A stretch of 10,362 nt of DNA from an uncultured Deinococcales bacterium (GTDB taxonomy: Bacteria; Deinococcota; Deinococci; Deinococcales; JAAFIG01). The position numbers and the translations under genes are program-made. The stretch lies in the NCBI GenBank assembly GCA_964244895.1, contig CAXTKV010000185.1:1-10362 (forward strand). The letters are read 5' to 3'. The number at the start of each line of letters is the position of its first letter. Positions within the stretch are counted from its first letter, which is position 1. Of the stretch, positions 7,751-10,362 are shown piece after piece. The notes beneath the pieces were generated by a model that was not told the origin of the DNA, did not search any database, and was given only the letters and a program-made list of their open reading frames with translations.

Positions 7751-8944
7751 TCAGTACCTCGAGAGCTTGCCCGCGATCACCGCGCGGTGCGCGCCCGTCG
7801 TGTGCGGCAGCGTGTTCGGCCAGCCCTGGTAGGCGTAATAACCCAACAGCGCAAAGGCGGCGGCCTCGCGGGTGGTGGCGTCGAAGCCGAAGGCGTTCCA
7901 GCCCTTGTCCTCGAAGCTCACGACGGGCAAGCCCTGCAAGCCCGCGCGGATCGCGTCCATCAGCACCGGATTGAACGCGCCACCGCCCGCTACCACGATT
8001 TCAGACAGGCCGCGCTGCACGACGAAGCTCTGGTACGCATCCGAAACGGTGCGCGCCGAAAAGGCCGTCACGCTCGAGACGATGTCGTGTGGCTCGAGCT
8101 CGAACACGCCCTGCAAACGTTGCAGGTTCCAGACCTCGCGCCCGGTGGATTTCGGCGGCCCGAGCGCCAGGTACGGGTCGCGCGCCCAGACCTCGAGCAA
8201 CCCCTGTTCCACGCGCCCTGTTGATGCGAGCGAGCCAGCCTCGTCGAAACGCCTGCCCAACAGGGCTGCCGCCTCGTCGATCAGGCAGTTGGCGGGGCCG
8301 GTATCGAAGGCGATCACGCCATCCGCGTCCAGACCCGGCAGGTACGTCAGGTTGCTGATTCCACCCAGGTTGTGAACGGCGCGGTTGACGCCCGATTCCG
8401 CGAAGAACACCCGATCCGCGAACGGCACCAAAGGCGCAGCTTGCCCGCCCGCGACCAGGTCGGCGGGCCGGAAATCCGAGATCACCGGTTTTTGCGCGAC
8501 TTCCGCGATCACGGCGGGTTCCCCGAGTTGCAGCGTCGCGCGCCTGTACCAGCCCTCGGATTCGTCGGCGCGAGGAATGTGATAGACCGTCTGCCCGTGC
8601 GACGCGACCAGATCGGCATTTCTCGCGAGCGGCCTCGCGGCATCCGCCAGGAATTCGCCCAGCCAAAAATGCAGTTGCGCCAGCCCGGAAGTCGTGACCC
8701 TCGCCCGAGCATCCAACTGGCAGGCTTCCAGGACGGCAGCCCGCAGGTCGTCCGGGTACGGCGTGTACGCGTGTTCGAGCACGCGACCGCGCGGCACGGC
8801 GATCTCGAGCGCCTCGAGCCTCGGAGCATCCAACCTCGAGCCCAACTCCGGGAAACCCGCCAGCTCGAGCAATACGGCGTCCACACCGTCGGCGGACGTG
8901 CCGGACATCAATCCGAGGATGCGTGGCGGATGGCTCGGGCGCAC
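7751..8944 (-). CDS. anmK: Anhydro-N-acetylmuramic acid kinase, 397 aa
   Basis: [84 protein letters not shown] and [10 protein letters not shown]. Confidence 0.96.
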   Translation of the reverse strand: MRPSHPPRILGLMSGTSADGVDAVLLELAGFPELGSRLDAPRLEALEIAVPRGRVLEHAYTPYPDDLRAAVLEACQLDARARVTTSGLAQLHFWLGEFLADAARPLARNADLVASHGQTVYHIPRADESEGWYRRATLQLGEPAVIAEVAQKPVISDFRPADLVAGGQAAPLVPFADRVFFAESGVNRAVHNLGGISNLTYLPGLDADGVIAFDTGPANCLIDEAAALLGRRFDEAGSLASTGRVEQGLLEVWARDPYLALGPPKSTGREVWNLQRLQGVFELEPHDIVSSVTAFSARTVSDAYQSFVVQRGLSEIVVAGGGAFNPVLMDAIRAGLQGLPVVSFEDKGWNAFGFDATTREAAAFALLGYYAYQGWPNTLPHTTGAHRAVIAGKLSRY

Positions 8945-8950
8945 GACCAG

Positions 8951-8956
8951 AGGCTA
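8951..8956 (-). promoter_or_regulatory. -10 box of a probable leaderless anmK transcript
   Basis: Minus strand reads GGT-TAGCCT-CTGGTC-GTG (6-nt spacer). Confidence 0.6.
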
Positions 8957-9051
8957 ACCGATTCGGGACGTTCAGCGACAGCGGCGTGGCTCATCCCGGT
9001 TCGCGCACTGAACGCGAACCAGTCCCCGCCCAAAAGATTGGTTGATAAGAG

Positions 9052-9097
9052 AACACCGTCCGGGACGCACTTCGAGATTCACGTCCCGGACGGTCTT
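9052..9097. repeat. Intergenic inverted-repeat family, copy 6 (14-nt spacer)
   Basis: AACACCGTCCGGGACG-CACTTCGAGATTCA-CGTCCCGGACGGTCTT, with a perfect 13-bp inner stem; 15 nt from the tatD stop. Confidence 0.92.
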
Positions 9098-9111
9098 TTC
9101 GTAAGCCAAAC

Positions 9112-9873
9112 TCAGATCGGCAGCTTGTAGACGGCCTTCGCGTTGGCTTCCGTGATGCGTTCCATCTCCTCGAACTCGAGCCCTCTGATCTGGGCCAGCA
9201 CCTCGAGCGTGTAGCGCACCCAGGCGGGCCGATTGCGCTTGCCCCGGTTCGGTACGGGCGCGAGGTAGGGCGCGTCCGTCTCGACCAGCAGGCGCTCGAA
9301 GGGCACCAGTGCGGCGGATTCGCGGATGGCGATGGCGTTTTTGTACGTCAAATTGCCCGCGTAAGACACGTGAAACCCCAACTCGAGCCCCGTCTCGAGC
9401 AGCGTCCGGTCGCCAGAAAAGCAGTGCAGAATCCCGCGATGCCAGCCCGCGTTGCGCAGCGCATCCGCGCAGTCCAGGTAGGCGACCCTGGAGTTGTCCT
9501 TGTCGCGCGTATGAATCACCACGGGCGCGTCCAGACGCTGCGCGCAATCCAGTTGCCATTCCAGCGACGCCACCTGCACCGCTTTCGGCGCGGCATCCCA
9601 GTAGTAATCCACGCCCGTCTCCCCAATCCCCACGACTTTCGGTCGAGCCATCAACGCCTCGAGATCGGCGCGCGTTTCCGGCGAATCGCGATTCGCATCC
9701 GTCGGATGCAATCCGACCACCACGAACACGTTCCCCAGACGCTCGGAAAGCGCCAACGCCGCGCGAGCGTGCTCCGGGTCGTGCCCAATCGCGACCAGCG
9801 CCGTCAGACCGGGCTCCTGCGCGGCCTCGAGCGAGTTCTCGAGCGTGTCCAAGTGGCAGTGCGTGTCAATCAC
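9112..9873 (-). CDS. tatD: TatD family metal-dependent nuclease/hydrolase, 253 aa
   Basis: (M)IDTHCHL, GLHP, VVGIGETGVDYYW, PVVIHTRD, GILHCFSG and LLVETDAPYLAPVPNRGKRNRPA. Start at GTG 9873, 7 nt after TGnTACAGT. Confidence 0.95.
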   Translation of the reverse strand: MIDTHCHLDTLENSLEAAQEPGLTALVAIGHDPEHARAALALSERLGNVFVVVGLHPTDANRDSPETRADLEALMARPKVVGIGETGVDYYWDAAPKAVQVASLEWQLDCAQRLDAPVVIHTRDKDNSRVAYLDCADALRNAGWHRGILHCFSGDRTLLETGLELGFHVSYAGNLTYKNAIAIRESAALVPFERLLVETDAPYLAPVPNRGKRNRPAWVRYTLEVLAQIRGLEFEEMERITEANAKAVYKLPI

Positions 9874-9880
9874 AGGCCGA

Positions 9881-9889
9881 ACTGTAGCA
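9881..9889 (-). promoter_or_regulatory. Extended -10 box of a probable leaderless tatD transcript
   Basis: Minus strand reads TGC-TACAGT-TCGGCCT-GTG. Confidence 0.7.
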
Positions 9890-9925
9890 CCCGAATCCCG
9901 AAGTCGCTCGAGCCAGACCGATCGG

Positions 9926-9981
9926 AAGACCGTCCCAGATGCAATCCTTGATAACACGTAAACGCCCTTCTGGACGGCCTG
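9926..9981. repeat. Intergenic inverted-repeat family, copy 7 (24-nt spacer, degenerate right arm)
   Basis: AAGACCGTCCCAGATG-CAATCCTTGATAACACGTAAACGC-CCTTCTGGACGGCCTG; the spacer has the same length as copy 5 and also ends in AACGC. Confidence 0.65.
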
Positions 9982-10046
9982 CCCCTATCTTGAACGTCAT
10001 GCCTGACTGAAGGTTTCCGCTCGAGTCCAAATGCGCTAAAACGCCT

Positions 10047-10075
10047 TTGACAAGCCCAAAAACGCGTGCTATCCT
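10047..10075 (+). promoter_or_regulatory. Strong sigma70/SigA promoter for the tRNA-Thr-tuf unit
   Basis: TTGACA (10047-10052), 17-nt spacer ending TGC, TATCCT (10070-10075), with short A-tracts upstream. Confidence 0.88.
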
Positions 10076-10101
10076 CTTTCGGCATTTGCGGCAACGCTTT
10101 T

Positions 10102-10176
<75 letters not shown>

Positions 10177-10296
10177 AATCGGCGAGACGTTCAAGACTCA
10201 AGTACGAATTCAGCACATTCAGGGCAGTACCGCCACACAAACAGGCTCGCGCGAGCGGGCCGATTCACCTTGAGGGGATCAAACCTCGAGCGTTCC

Positions 10297-10302
10297 AGGA
10301 GG
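10297..10302 (+). promoter_or_regulatory. Shine-Dalgarno sequence of tuf
   Basis: AGGAGG lies 6 nt before ATG 10309. Confidence 0.9.
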
Positions 10303-10308
10303 AACACC

Positions 10309-10362
10309 ATGGCGAAGGGCGTATTCGAGCGCAACAAACCCCACGTCAACGTCGGCACGATC
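10309..10362 (+). CDS. tuf: Elongation factor Tu (5' end only; runs off the window)
   Basis: MAKGVFERNKPHVNVGTI is the canonical EF-Tu N-terminus; it has a strong SD and follows tRNA-Thr(GGT), as in tufB-type loci. Confidence 0.96.
   Translation, partial: MAKGVFERNKPHVNVGTI

Noticed and set aside
9945..9961. TCCTTGATAACACGTAA as a Deinococcus RDRM (DdrO) site
   Set aside because: Only the right half (ACGTAA) fits; the left half lacks the conserved G, and the sequence lies in the spacer of repeat copy 7.

Overview
GC-rich (roughly 65%, estimated by eye) bacterial chromosomal housekeeping region. It most likely comes from a member of Deinococcota; this is an inference from pervasive leaderless -10 promoters, a tRNA-Thr with a U73 discriminator and the look of the proteins. 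Gene content in order: 3' part of a GH37 trehalase, a secreted hypothetical protein, argJ, an orphan LolD-like ABC ATPase, a Crp/Fnr regulator, a MOSC/YiiM protein, hisD with a translationally coupled upstream hypothetical gene, anmK, tatD, tRNA-Thr(GGT) and the start of tuf. The genes are ordinary, but the DNA-level architecture is not. (1) The palindrome CTCGAG occurs about 70 times by hand count (about 1 per 150 bp, against 3-4 expected), in all reading frames and between genes, like a HIP1-type iterated palindrome. (2) A family of seven 45-56 bp inverted repeats (AACACCGTCCnnnACG-N13/14 or N24-CGTnnnGGACGGTSTT) occupies 7 of 9 intergenic gaps, and one copy supplies part of a -10 box. (3) There is a back-to-back pair of GTAG-type REP hairpins. 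(4) Six genes have a TAnnnT box 6-8 nt before the start codon, which corrects several starts in the ORF track.
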